From Fonticula alba ATCC 38817 (Eukaryota > Protista > Nucleariida): a stretch of DNA of 64,000 nt. The position numbers and the translations under genes are program-made. Below, piece by piece: positions 37,593 through 50,280 of the stretch; the first letter of the stretch is position 1; the number at the start of each line of letters is the position of its first letter. Location: NCBI GenBank assembly GCA_000388065.2, contig KB932204.1. One strand, 5' to 3'. Below the pieces are notes generated by a model that searched no databases, was not told the origin of the DNA, and saw nothing but the letters and a program-made list of their open reading frames with translations.

Positions 37593-40500
37593 TCACTCGA
37601 CCCGAGGCGCCAGCGACTCCGACAGCAGCGACGTCACGTCCCGGCCGGCCAGCAGCTGCGTCGTCAGGGTGATGTAGTCGCGCGTCGGGGACACCGACGA
37701 CCCGGCGCGACCGGCCGGGTTCTGCATGGCCACCGAGGAGTACCCCGTCAGGAAGCGCAGGGCCGCCACCTCGGACCAGGTGCACCCGCCGAGGTAGACC
37801 ACCAGCACGGTCTTCGGCTGGGCCGGCTCGGCGCCGGGCGGCAGGCCCGGCCCGCCGGTGGTGCCCGTGACCACCGCCGCATCGAGCGACATGTCGAACA
37901 GCGGCCCGGGCAGGCCGGCCGCGCGGAGGGCCTCGTCGATGGCGCGCCAGGCCGGCCGATCGGCGATGGCCGCCTCCGGGTCGACCGGGGTCCCGGCGCC
38001 CGGACCGGCCCCGGCCCCGGCCCCGCCGGTTGACACGGCCGACACCGCGGCCCCGAGCCCCAGGTTCAGGTTTAGCCCGGCCCCGAAAGTGGACCCCAGC
38101 GAGGCGGACAGCATGCCGGCCGCCGTGGAGGCGGTCGACCCGCGCTCCGACCCATACGCCGCGGCCAGCATCCGCTCCACCAGGCGCACCGACAGCGGGG
38201 CATACCCGGAGTGAACGTAGGAGATGTCCTCCGGGGCGGTCTCCTTGACGTCCTCGTCGAACAGATGGAAGTGCTTCCGCAGCCCGGGGTACGCGCTGGG
38301 GGTGCTGAGCCCGGGCCCGGCGGAAGCCCCGGCCCCGGCCCCGGAAAGGAAGGACCCAGGCCCCAGGGAGGGCCCGGCCCCGGCCGCCGGGCCGGGGCCA
38401 TACGGCAGTGCCGGCATCGTCACTCCCTGGCAGAAGATCAGCCCGGCGCGTTCGAAGTTCAGCAGGGTGTAGATGATTTCGTAGCCATACGACTGGATGC
38501 GGGTGTGTGTGTGTGTGTGAGTAGGCATGCGGACAGGAGGGCGAGGCTGCGGACCGGGCCGGCGCGCATCGGCAACGGCCGGCGCATGGCCCCGACAGGA
38601 GGACAGGACAGAGGGCGAGAAGCCACGCACCCCGACCAGGTGCGCCCGCAGGGTCTTGTACACCTTCGGCTTGAGGCCGCCCTGTGTCAGCGACAGGAGA
38701 CTCATCAGCCGGAGCACGCGCTCCGCCGGCACCACCTTCGAGCCAATGCCGGTGGTGGCGGCGATGCTGGTCCCGGACATGGGGCCCAGCTTGGACGCGT
38801 GCGATCCGGCCCCACTCAGAGGGTTGGTCCGGTTCAGGGGCAGGGCGTCGGACTGCCGGAAGATCAGCTCCTCCAGTAGCTCAAGCGTTTGCTCCAGGTC
38901 CTCGGACTGGCTGAGAAGGCCTGCTCATTCCCCGCAAGCGAACCGGGGGGAGGCCGAACGGGATGGCCAAGGTGTCAGATCAGGCGAGAGGGATGAGCAG
39001 CCGGGGGGGGGGGGGGGGGAGGAGGGGGCGGAGCGGACTCGCCGACACCCCGGGAGGAGCGGAAGCCCGAGCCCGAGACGCACCCTGCTCCGTTTGCAGA
39101 GCACGAAGGAAGTCCGAGTCGCGTGTGGCCGCCATCAGGTGCTCGGCCAGATTGGTGTCTGTCACAGGGTGGGAGGAGGGGAGGTCAGGCGAGAGAGCGG
39201 GAAAATGGCCGGCAGCCGCGGGAGAGAAGGCCCACTGGACGCACAGACACCGAGAGACTGGTGTTCCTTTTGCAGGCCGCCCAGGTCCGAGACGAATTCC
39301 CGGATCTGGGAGATGGTCTTGGCCGCATGCCGGCGATCGTACTGCTGGTCGATGCGCGTGGCGCTCCGGTGGAGGGCCGGCCCGACGGCCGCCAGATTAA
39401 GGTCCCGGATCTGACAGGGGCGGAAGCAGGGGGTCAGGTCCGGCTGGTGGCGGGCGTGGTTCTCCTCCCCTGCGACATACCGAGGAGTAGAGCGTGTCCG
39501 AGCTGTCCAGCATCGCGAGCTTCTGGTCGGACACCGCCGGCTTCAAAGGGAGGAGACCTGGCGAGCGAGGCGGCGGTGACCCAGGGATCATGGTTAGAGC
39601 CGAGGGCCAGGATGCGCATGTCGGTGTGGGGAGAGGCAAGAGGGCAGAGGGAGGTCGCACTGGCGTCAATCCCGAAAAAGTGGTCAATCAGCCCCTCAAA
39701 GGTGAGAGTCTGCACCAGGGGCGAGATGGGGTCCTGTGGGCGGGTAGGCGGGTTAGAGGGCGGCGGGTGCGGCGCCGGAGGGCCGTTGTGAGGGGGGAAC
39801 CGAAGGAGGGGGTGGCGGGCAAAGATCCAGCAGCAGCCAGAACGGTGGTCGGCCAGTCGCACGCACCACCATGCGATCGATGATGATGGCACAGTCGATC
39901 TTCCCGGCACCGGCCAGGCCGGAGGAGGAGGCAAGCAGATCGGAGTCGGTGGCAATCCGCCGAACCAGGCTGGCGCACTCGAGGGCACGCGGCCCGACAC
40001 CCATAATGCGCGGAATCGGACCGTAGAAGGTCTTCAAACGGAGGAGGGCCATGGCCGTGCTGTGAACCACCTCATGAGCGGTATGCTGGCGGCGAGTCGG
40101 AGGGGCGGCCAAGTGACATGGCACATAGAGAGAGAGAGGGGGGGGGGGAGATCATGAGAGGGAGGGTGTGAGGGCAAGACAGCACATGGGTGACCCATTA
40201 GCCAGGGGTAAGCAGAGATAGGTGTGCATGTGGACGTGCGCAAATACCGACATGCATGCTTGTCGATGCATGCGTGTGCGCTTCGGACAGTGAGAGAGGG
40301 AGAGGGAGGCAGGAGGGAGGTGGAGCGCACCAGGGCCATATCGCGGAAGGACCCGGGCATATGCATGCTGAGGAGATCCACGTCGAAGGGGAACATCGGA
40401 ATGTCGATGTTGCGGATCATGGGAGCTACATGCGGAGGGCACGGTCAGATCGGGGCACCGGGCGCACGGGTCCAGGATGATGTGTAGGCATGTGTGTCTG

Positions 40501-41316
40501 AGAGGGAGAGAGAGAGAGAGAAAGCACTTGAAGGCACGCACGAGGAGACAGCTCGGTGAGGAGCATCTTCTGGCAGAGGCTCTCCACCCGAGGGAGGAAA
40601 AAGACGGTGTAGCTGCGGTTCATCAGCGCCGAGGCGACGGTCGGGCTGAGCCGCGCCGAGGCGTCCTGCACGGCCTGCTGATCGGCACGGATATAGTCTT
40701 CGCGGGAGGAGCAGGAAGAGGGGGGGGGGGGACCGGAGGCAAAGCCGCGCACAGGTCAGTGGCCAGAAGTCGAATCCAGGTGAGGCACACATCGGGGACA
40801 TGCCCGAGGGGGAGAGGTGATGGGCACGGTGGAGGGCCAAGCAGCGAGAGAGGGAGCGAGGAGACTGTACCAACAATGTGCTTGACCATGCCCAGGTCCG
40901 GCCGGCAGAGGAAGAGAATGTTAAGCTCGTCATTGGCCAGACGCTGCATGGCCATATCCAACGAGGCGGTCGAGGCGTCTAGCATGTAGCAGTTGGTCAC
41001 ATGCAGCTCGACGAGCTTCCGGAAGGGAACCAGCAGGTTGATGGCATTCATCAGGTACTTGTCCAGCACGAGGAGCTTCTTGCCGGAGAGCTGGCACACC
41101 CGGATGCAGCAGGAGGGACAGGGGACAGGGGGGTGCGCGCGTGCGCGCGCGTGTCAGCCACCGGCAGGACCGGATGCCAATAGTCGGGCGGAGGAGAGCG
41201 GCGAGGGGGAAGGAAGGAAGCATGCTGCGCACCTCCGACAGGGGCTTGACAATGGCATGGAAGCATTCCTGTCTCAGGGAGGAGATGCCGATCGGATCAT
41301 TGAACAGGTGGTTCAT
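37593..41316 (-). CDS. VPS33: Vacuolar protein sorting 33 (Sec1/Munc18 family, HOPS/CORVET), multi-exon
   Basis: GKKLLVLDKYL, IPMFPFDVDLLSM, IIIDR/DPISPLVQTLTFEGLID, HTNLAEHL, VLRLMSLLSLTQGGLKPK, QSYGYE..TLLNFERAGL, DISYVHSGYAPLSVRLVE, VVYLGGCTWSEVAALRFL. Confidence 0.93.
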
Positions 41317-42352
41317 CTTTGGCGAGAGGGAGGGGAACGCGGAGCAGCCAGCCAGAGGGGAGGGGATCCACTCAGCTTGTGAAGGTGCGCGAGACGAAGG
41401 GAAGAGGGAGGGGAAAAGGGGGGCGCCGTCGTCGAGAGGGCCAGCCGGCCGAGGGAGGGCAGATGAGCGAGGGGGAGGAGGAGGAGGAGGAGGAGGAGGA
41501 GGACAGGAGGCGAGGGGAGGGGACAAGCAAGCAGGCAAGCGGAGGAAAGCAACAGGGAGACGAGAGGGACGGGAGAAGGGGGGTGTCGCTGCATTCTCCT
41601 CCCCCCTCCGGTGGGGAGCCAGGATGGTTCATGGCGCCGGCCGAAGAGGCACGCTCCTGGGCCGCCCCCGGCAGACATTTCGCCCGGCCCCTTTGCCCTG
41701 GCGCTCCGGCTCCAGGCCCAGTGTCGCGCCGCCCGCCCCCCCCCCCCCCCGCCCCACCTTCGCCGCGTCCGGTCGGCCATTCATGCGGGCAGGCTTTCTT
41801 GCCCTGGGTGTGTGTTCGGCCACAACCTCAGAGCCGAGGGCAGAGGCGTTTGTTGTTTTTAGACGCGGCCGTTCTGCAGTCGCACGGGACTCGATCACAT
41901 GTCACGGCCGCCCTTCTGCGATCCCCGACGGCCAGCGTTCCCTCCCGGTTGGCGGCGGCTGCCCGACGCAAGCGAGGGCGGCAAGCCGAACCCAGGGACA
42001 ATGGCGTCCGACAAGGCGAGAGGGGGGCGGGGCTGTTCCGCGCACGCCCCCCCCCGCCCTTGGATGCACTTTGGTGGCTTCCAGGAGGGGAGTCTTGGTC
42101 ATTTCTGGTGTGTGCGTGTGTGTGTGTGCGTGTGTGCGTGTGTGTGTACCCGATGGAGATCGCCTGCGACGGCCCCTTTTCATCCAGCATCCCGAGCCCC
42201 TGGCCGGAGTCCCAGCTAGTCGGCTCCTTCTCCCCCCTGCTCCCCTCGCATATTCCGCCGCCTCTCTCCCTCTCCCCCCGCCGCCCCTTTTCTTTTTTTT
42301 GCCCTCCTCTCTCTGTCTCGGCCCTCTCCCCGCCCACCGACACCGCTTCACG

Positions 42353-44350
42353 ATGCTGTCGCGGTCGACGACCCCCCTCGCCCGGTTGGTTCTCCTAGCG
42401 TCCGGCTTGTTGCTGCTGCTGGCATCGTCGCAGCTGGTTCATGGCCAGGCGACTGGCCAGAAGCCCCCCGTGGCTTCGGCCCATGTCCATACCCATGCGA
42501 ATCAGCAGCGGCAACAGCAGCAGGCCCACGGTCACGGCCACGGCCACGGCCACGGCCACGGCCACGGCCACGGCCACGGGCATGGCCATCATCATGGTGC
42601 GCCGAGGCATGCTCCTCCCTCTTCCCCTTGCTCGTGCTCCCATCTACCCTCCTGGGGCCCCTCCCCGCTGTGGCGCCTGCTGACGATGCTTCCCCCTCCG
42701 GTTGGCCTTCGGCTCTTGCCCGTGCATCACGGGCCCCAGGACATGGGCATGTTCATGCTCAGGTCCACTCGGCCGGGCATCACAAGCGTACGTTCCCGGG
42801 CCTGCCGCTTGCCGCTCCCTCCCGACCTGTGCCCCTCTGCCGTCCGAGCTCTAATCCGTCTCCCGTGCCCCAGAGTTCATGATCGGAGAACGGGTGTCCA
42901 TTGAGTGCAAGCTCCCGAACAGCCGCATGTGGAACTTCTTCCCCCTTTGCATGGGCGTACGTATCCCCATGTGCCTGCTTTCGCGTTGCACCTGCCTCTT
43001 CCCCCCTTCCCCGCTGCTCCCCGCTTCTTGCTCACTGACAAACTGCCACCTGCACTTCGCCGGCCACAGGAGGACGACCGACTTGAGCCCCTCTCCTTCA
43101 TCGTCGGCAAGGAGGGCACATATGATTGCAAGTTCACCCTGCCGCCGGCCATCCGCCAGGAGGCCGTTCGCATCCTCATGGCCAAGGGTGCCTGCTCTTC
43201 TTCTTCTTTCTTTTTTTTTCTTTTGCCTCTTTCTCGAATGGCGCCCCCTTTCTGACTCCCCCCCCCCCGCCTTCACCGCCTGCTTGGTCATCTGGGTCGC
43301 CGGCGTTAGAGCATATCGAGTGCCGCATTCCCATGACTTGGGATCGGCACTCGTACCTGCCGCTGATTTTGCCGGTGTGGTTCGAGTCGCGCCAGCTCGA
43401 GGCCGAGCCGGCCCAGCTGTCGGCCTTCCATCCCGGCCTGAGCAAAGGCCAGGTTCTGCATGTGAACACCCGGGCAAATTGGCTTTTCCACATTTACGAT
43501 GGGTTCATCCTCGGCGCCACGGCATACCCGGGTATGTGTTTGATGTCTCGCTTCGCGCCGGTTGCCGAGCTCTGCCGATCACTTTGCTTGCCCTCCTGCT
43601 GGCCCTTTGCCTTTGACTGACATGTGGGGATGTGGGTGGCAGTTCGTGATGAGTTTGTTCCCGTTCGCGTGTCACTCAGCTCGCCCCTTCGCATGCATGG
43701 GTCGTACAGGTGCGTCTCCTCGACGGGTGTCCCCTCCTCCCTCCGCTGCTCGGTCTTTTGCCCTGATCTTGTGAGGGCCTCTCCATTTCCGCCTCCCTGC
43801 CGGCTCATCCTCCCTCCGACCTCCTCCCCGCTCGTGTGCTCTTTCTTTCTCTCTCTCTCTCTCTCTGTCTCTCTCCTGGGCGACCCATCCTCCCGCACGT
43901 TCCCTTGCCTGCGTGCCCGATGCCGATTGACCGTGTCTCTGTTGCAGCTGGCTCGCGGGGAACTCCTTCTTCAAGGCCACGGCCGCCAATGCCAACCTCA
44001 TGTCTGTGGAGGAAGTCGTGGCCCAGATTAACAAGGATCTGGCCCGGAATGCGCCGACTCCCTCGCCCACGGCGGCTGGCACCGAGAACCGGGCCGCCGA
44101 CCCGAAGGCCTCCTCCAGTGACTCGCTCGCCCGGCCGGAGTCCAAGATCCCCACGCGCACCGAGATCGAGACCCACACCCAGGCCAATGTTGTGGCCGCC
44201 TCGTACATGAGCAACTGGCCGATCAGCTCCATCATCTTGACCTTCATCACCTCCTTCATCCTGGGGCTGGTGGCCATCATCGGCATCTACCGGGTGATGA
44301 TCAGCCCCTGGTACCATTCCGTTGTGCGGGAGCGCCTGAAGGAGGACTGA
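42353..44350 (+). CDS. Uncharacterised type-I membrane/secreted protein with signal peptide, polyQ-(HG)10-HHH tract and C-terminal TM helix
   Basis: Signal peptide LVLLASGLLLLLASSQLVHG; (HG)10HHH at 42527-42595; Cys-containing luminal exons (ECRIPMT..SYLPL..LHVNTRANWLFHIYDGFILGATAYP); TM IILTFITSFILGLVAIIGIY; stop TGA at 44348-44350. Confidence 0.75.
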
Positions 44351-44601
44351 GGTGTGCCTGCGTGTCTGCCCGGTCGGCATGGATATCTTGGTGCGCGTGC
44401 GTGCCTGCGCCTTGCCATGATGGGTACATGGCCCTCCTCTCGCCCCCTTGGCAAAAGATGGCCGGCCACCTTTTGCCTGCGTCTGCTCTGCGACTCCGTG
44501 TGTCTATGTGTCCGTGTGTGTGTGTGTGTGCCTGTGCTCATCCCGTGCTGACGACCTGTACACCGGGCCTGGAGGCGCTATGAGGGCCCAATAAAAGCAC
44601 C

Positions 44602-44635
<34 letters not shown>

Positions 44636-45176
44636 CCCCGTGCCCTGCCCTGGCTCTCGCCCCCCGTGTTGGCATGTGGGGTCGTCCTGGTTCCTTTTGC
44701 CCGGGGCTTGGTCTGGGCTTTTTTCGGCTCTCCGAAACTTGGGCCGATCACCGGCAGTCCGTTGGCACCAGGTACCCCTGATATTATTTCCCCCTCCGTT
44801 TCCCCCTGGGTGCGGGAGCCGGGCTGGCGGGCGGGGCGCGCCCCTCCCCCTGGCTCCCACCAGTTGTTGTTGTGCGTGCCCTCGGGTCCTGCGCCCCAGC
44901 GGGCCAGGCATACGAGCAATGCCCCTTGCTCGGTCGCGTCCCCGCTAGGGCAAGGGTGCTGTGATTTTTGACCGGCCGCCTTGCACCCCGAGGGCGCCAC
45001 AGCGCCCAGGGCATGCCTCCCCTCCTTGTCGGCTGCTCGCACCACATATATTCTCTCCGTCTGATCCCCCCCCCCCACTACCTGTCTTGATCCCCTCTCA
45101 AGCCCGCCCGACTTGCCTCTTCGCCTTCCTCCCCCCCCCCCTCCTCCTCTTCTCGCTCCTCTTTCGCTGCGCATCC

Positions 45177-45274
45177 ATGGAGGAGTTCTACGCCGCGGGG
45201 CTGCACCTGGCGCCGCCGCAGGCCGTCCAGCATGTGGCCGCCAAACGGGTGCAGAACTTCAACTACGTCAAGAG
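45177..45274 (+). CDS. Exon 1 of a conserved uncharacterised protein; continues at 54784
   Basis: ATG at 45177 encodes MEEFYAAGLHLAPPQAVQHVAAKRVQNFNYVK plus AG, then donor GTGCGC. It joins in phase to 54784, giving KRVQNFNYVKR-LHLGGAHFFNTVKIS. Confidence 0.7.
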
Positions 45275-45343
45275 GTGCGCGCGCCGACGGGCACATGCAC
45301 CGACGCACGCACGCACGCACACGCACGCACACACACACATACA

Positions 45344-45376
<33 letters not shown>

Positions 45377-46162
45377 GCAAAGACAAACATACGCATATGT
45401 ATGGCCCGTGTGTCGCACATCTGACCCCTTCGCCCCANNNNNNNNNNTTGCTGTCACTTTGCCAGCGCTTTGGCAACTCCCTCGACAATACCCTGCCCAT
45501 CCGTGTCACGTACCACTCTCTCTTCTTCGGATGATGTGCACACACGTGCGCGCGCGCGCGCGCGTGCCCGCCCGCCCGCCCGCCCGCCGACCCACGACCA
45601 CGGGGTGCAATGTGTGGTGACCGGAGCGGCTCGCCGCGTATATGTACATGCAAATGCGCGGGTCCACAGGCCAGCATAGTTATCTCCTCCTCGTCGCAGC
45701 TCTCCCGCCCCCTCCCCATGTAAAATATATCACAACCCCCCTCGGGGCTTTCCTCCTTGCCCCCATCTCCTCCACCTCCCACTGGGGGCCGGGGCTATCT
45801 TGTGCCCTTTTCAAGCACGGCCTCACAGCGCGGCCTCAGGCCCCAGGGCCGTTGGGATAAGCGTATTCTATTTGAGGGGGGGGGGGAGAACGAAAAGCCG
45901 ACAAAGGGAAGAGGGCGCCAGGCGGCGCACAACAGAGAGGGCGAAAGGGCCGTGCGGGGCACAGGGCTAAGGGGGGCAAAAGAAAAAAGCCCCACTGGCC
46001 GACGGGCGATCGGCCAGCCGGTCGACGGGGCGCGGGTACACACGTATGGAACTAGCTACGAGGAGGGAGGCAACACTCACACCGACCGGCGAGGCACCTT
46101 TCGAGGGTACGACAGCACACAGCGGGGCGCGGCGACCGTGACAGCAGAACATATGGCCACCC

Positions 46163-48040
46163 TTAGCCGCGGCCCTGTGGCTGGCCGGCCTTGCGCTCGC
46201 GCTCGGCCACATACCGGCCATATGCCACCTCGTCCAGGCAGCGCTGGTGCCGGTTGACCGCCTGCATGACCAGCTCGCCGTCGCGCACGAAGAGAACCCG
46301 ATCTGCGTAGCACTCCAGATCCGGGTGATGGGTCACCATCAGGAGAGTGGTGCCGTGCTCGCGGTTCAGCCGCATCAGCAGGTCCATGATGCGAATGGTG
46401 TGCCGCGTGTCCAGATCACCAGTCGGCTCATCCAGCAGCAGGAGCGGCGGGTCGTTGGCCAGGGCGCGGGCGATGGCGCTGTGCGGCGCAATTCAAAGGT
46501 GTCAGGTGGGGAAAGGCGGGGGAGCCAGAAGGAAGGCAAAGACCCCAGCTCGAGGCAGGGGCGAAACGGGGGACCGGACTACGCACACGCGCTGCTGCTC
46601 ACCACCAGACAGCTCGCTTGGCAGATGCTCAACACGATCGCGGAGGCCGACCACTGTGTTGGTTGTGGGTGTGTATGGACGGTGGGGGGGGGGGGGGGGG
46701 TGGGGGGGGGGGGGTTGGGCGGCCCAGGAAAAGAGGGGGAGAGGGCACGGATGCTGCCGCCAGCGGGGTGACGTACTGTCCAGGAGCTTCTTGGCACGCT
46801 CATCGCGCTCCTTGGCATTCAGCTTTCCCAGGAGCGACATCGGCAGGGCCACATTCTCCTTGGCGCTGAGGTTGGCCAGCAGGTTGAAAGTTTGGAAAAC
46901 AAAGCCTGACAGGGACAGAGAACATGGAAGCGCCGGGCCAGGCCGGGGAATGGGAGGAGCAGGCGTTGGGACTGTCAGGCATGGCTGGACACGGCCAAGG
47001 GAGGAGCCAGGTGGGGCTGTGGCTTGGGAGGGGCGCACCGATCTTCCGCAGGCGCAAGGCGGACAGGAAGTTGTCCGGCGAGGCGGAAGTGATCACATCG
47101 CCGAGGATCTCTGATAGAGAGAGAGAGAGAGAGAGAGAGACAGTGGGGGAGCGCAGGGCAAGGGAAGGGTCAGAAGTACTGCCGGCTGGCGGGGACACGG
47201 GGGCGTTGGGGGGGGGGGCAGCGTTGGGGAGGCGAGAATGTGCCCAGGCGGGAACACCGGATCAAGAGGCAGTACGCACCGACTCGGCCAGAACTAGGCC
47301 GATCAAGGGTACCCAGGACATTCAGTAGACTGGTCTTGCCGCCACCGGAAGGGCCACGCAGCATGACGAACTCGCCCCTGAGGACAGAGCACAGGAAGGG
47401 GGCAAAGAGCGAGGGAGAGAGAGAGAGAGAGGAAAAGAAAGAGAGAAAGGAAAGGGCGAGGTAGGGTTAGCCCATCGGCAGTGGTGAAGGTACCCACACA
47501 TATCTGGAGGAACGCGCAGGAGAACAGGGGAGGGGGCGCACTTGCGAATGGGGTAGAATTCCGAGTCCGGGGAAAGGTCAATGTCGATCAGGGCCCGGAC
47601 CGGCTCGCTGCGGCCAACAATCGAATAGTCTGCCAGATGGTCGATCAGTTAAGGGTGGCTCAGGGAGAGGAAGCCAAACAAAAGCAGGGCTCCTGGAGGG
47701 AGAAAAGCGCAGGGAAGATGGGGAGGGGGGGGGGGGCTGTGGCGGAGAGGAGCCGACATCGAAGGTGGGGCAGACAGGAAGGCACCAACGCACTCTTGGT
47801 GACGTGGGACGTCAGAATGACCGGCTCGCCGAGGGTCTTCAGCGGATAGTATCCCGGGGGCAGAGTGGGATCCTGCTTGGGGAGGGAGGCCAGCGAGCCG
47901 CTGCCCAGAGCCGATCCCTCACTACCCTCGCCGATGAGGGCGGGGTCGGTTCCGGGAGCGACGGTGGCGATGGTCGTCGGGTCGGCACCCTCGATGGGGC
48001 GCCGCCAGCCGTCGGTGCGCACAGCGGTAAGTTCGATCAT
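46163..48040 (-). CDS. Stand-alone ABC ATPase of the LolD/MacB/FtsE type (single NBD, no TM domain), multi-exon
   Basis: Walker [20 protein letters not shown], signature [12 protein letters not shown], Walker [23 protein letters not shown]-loop MVTHH. Interrupted by spliceosomal introns. Confidence 0.9.
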
Positions 48041-48063
48041 GGCTGCTGCGGGGCTCTGTGGCA

Positions 48064-48140
<77 letters not shown>
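48064..48140. repeat. Very long poly-G run between the STRAP stop and the ABC start
   Basis: About 75 consecutive G. Comparable runs at 29033-29090, 29195-29265 and 33272-33325. Confidence 0.85.
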
Positions 48141-48213
48141 CGCGGCTGGAGGGGGGGGGGGGCGGGCTCGGGCGCGACGGATTTCAAGGGGCAGAGAAGG
48201 GCAAGGGAGGACC

Positions 48214-49903
48214 TTAGGCGGAGAAAGTGCTCGGGTCTGGGCCATCCCACAGGCCATACGGCTCATACGGGCGCGTGGGCCAGAGACGCACGGTGCCGTC
48301 TTCACTCCCGGAGGCCAGGAGGCGACCGTCTGGCGAGTAGCGCAAGCTGTGCACTGGTCCATGGTGGCCCTTGAGGAGGGCTATGTGTATGGCAGAGAGA
48401 GGAGGGGGGAGAGGGGAGGGAGTATCAGGTATGTTAGAGGCATGAACCGGTGCCAATGGCGACGGGGGGCATTCCAACGCGGCGCACATGTCTGAATGGG
48501 GTTGGCTGGGTCGGAGATGTCGTAAACACCGATGTCCAGCTGGTTACCACCAGCGGCCAGGAACCGGCCGCTCTGGTGCAAGGAGGCCGACTCCACCACG
48601 AAGGGAAGATCGAACTCGTACAGCGGGTCGAAGCTGTGTCGGGCGACGGCGGAGCAGCGGAGCAGCAAGGGGAGGAGAGTAAGTGCCCTGCGCGGGCGAC
48701 TGTGGGGCGGAGCTGGGAGCAGGAACCGGGGGAGGGAGAGGGAAAGTGGACAGGGCAGAAGGACGGACCTGGTGTTGTGCGCCAGGAGGACGCTCTCACC
48801 GAAGCAGAGAGTCATCACGGAAGACCCCTCACGGGCCAGCTCCAAAGAGGTGACCTTGCTCGGAGTGGTCAGGGAGTTGACCGGCGCGGTCGGCGGGGCC
48901 CGGGTGTCCCAGAGGCTGAGGCGCAGCGCACGCCGAAGGGGGAGGAGGGTCAGTTGTGCCGGAAGGGGAGCACGCAGACACAAAGATGGAAGAGGGGGCG
49001 GGGGGGCGCTTGACGCACCGGGTAACACGGTCATCGCCGGACGTCAGGAAGAGCGTCGTGTCCGGGATGGGGGCAATGGCGCGCACGAGATCGGTGTGCG
49101 CGTCATACGAGGTGACTGTGCCATACGGGCCCCAAAGGGACGGTGAGTGGATGGTGGGGGGGCCAGGGTGGCGACAGGGAGGCGAGGGCAAGAAACGCAC
49201 CCTGGGACGGGTTGGCGGTGGAGATGCGGCAGACAGTGCCGTTTTTGGTGCCGGTGTAGATCCACTCCGGGTTGGCGCCGGGGTCGATGGCACAGGCGCG
49301 AACGATGGTCGAATGGTCGAGCTTGAAGATTGGCTCGCCATTGGAGAGGCTCCAGTAAATGCTATCCCGAGCATCGTCGGGTGGGCAGGTGCAATGGCCG
49401 GGCACGCATGCATCAAGCAGGCGAGGGACAATCGGTGAGAACCATGGGGGCGGTGACAGGAGATGGGATCCATGGGAGGGGGCAAGCAACCAGATGGCCA
49501 GCCGGCAACGCACGCAAAGTAATCGGCCGAGCCGGAGAGGGCAAACTTGGCCGTGTCCGACATGGCAACACACCAGACAGCCCCGCCATGGCCGTCCTCG
49601 CCGCCGAGGGAGCCAACCCAATCGCCAGTCGGGCATTTGCGCACGATTGGCGTCTTGTCTGGATTCGCGCCGGGTCAGAAGAAGGGCGAGGGGAGGGGAG
49701 GGGAGAAAGAGAGAGAGAAGGGGGAGAGAGAAGGGGGAGAGAGAGAGAGAGAAGGGACGAAGGGGGGCATGTGCATGTGGCACAGGCAAGGGGAAAGGGG
49801 GGCGATCGGCCCCGAGCCCGGGCATACCTTTNNNNNNNNNNCACACACACACAGGCCCAAGTGAGAGGCTCACCTCCCCCTGCAGGGAGAACGCGCCCGT
49901 CAT
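48214..49903 (-). CDS. STRAP: Serine-threonine kinase receptor-associated protein (STRAP/UNRIP), WD40; one N-terminal exon is hidden in the gap 49832-49841
   Basis: [35 protein letters not shown] matches STRAP DGKPMLRQGDTGDWIGTF.GHKGAVW. Also VESASLH and [31 protein letters not shown]. The start ([10 protein letters not shown], 49903) is inferred. Confidence 0.88.
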
Positions 49904-50280
49904 GCTGCGCCCTCCTTTTTGGACCACAGCCCTGGGCCCCTTTCTCCGATGCCGTGTGCTGGTGGATTTCCAATGTGTATTTTAATGCCAGATGACCGAA
50001 CCGCCGTCCTGCCCTGCGCACATGCACGCACAACGGTCGAGCGTGCGTCCATGCGGCCGGAGCAAGGACATGGGAAGGGGCCTCGTGTGCACGGGGGAGG
50101 GGGGAGGAAAGGAAAGCAACTACACTACCAAGCGGGGGCAGAGGATGGGGGAAAGGAGGCTGGCCCCCGTTCTCCAGAAAAGGGGGGACACGGGGAGAAA
50201 GGGCGAGCGGACAAAGAGGGGGAAAGGAGAAAGCAGGTGTGTCAGGGCACAGCGTCGGCGACATGCGAGGCCGATTTTCT

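Noticed and set aside
42353-44350. Possible p24/TMED cargo receptor
   Set aside because: Topology is similar, but there is no GOLD or coiled-coil pattern and no FF/KKXX tail.
45448-45760. Local downstream exons for the 45177 exon
   Set aside because: Joining at phase 2 gives only low-complexity or quickly terminated frames, whereas the 54784 acceptor gives a coherent protein.
46163-48040. Bacterial contamination or a recent raw HGT fragment
   Set aside because: It has multiple spliceosomal introns with host-type donors and microsatellites.
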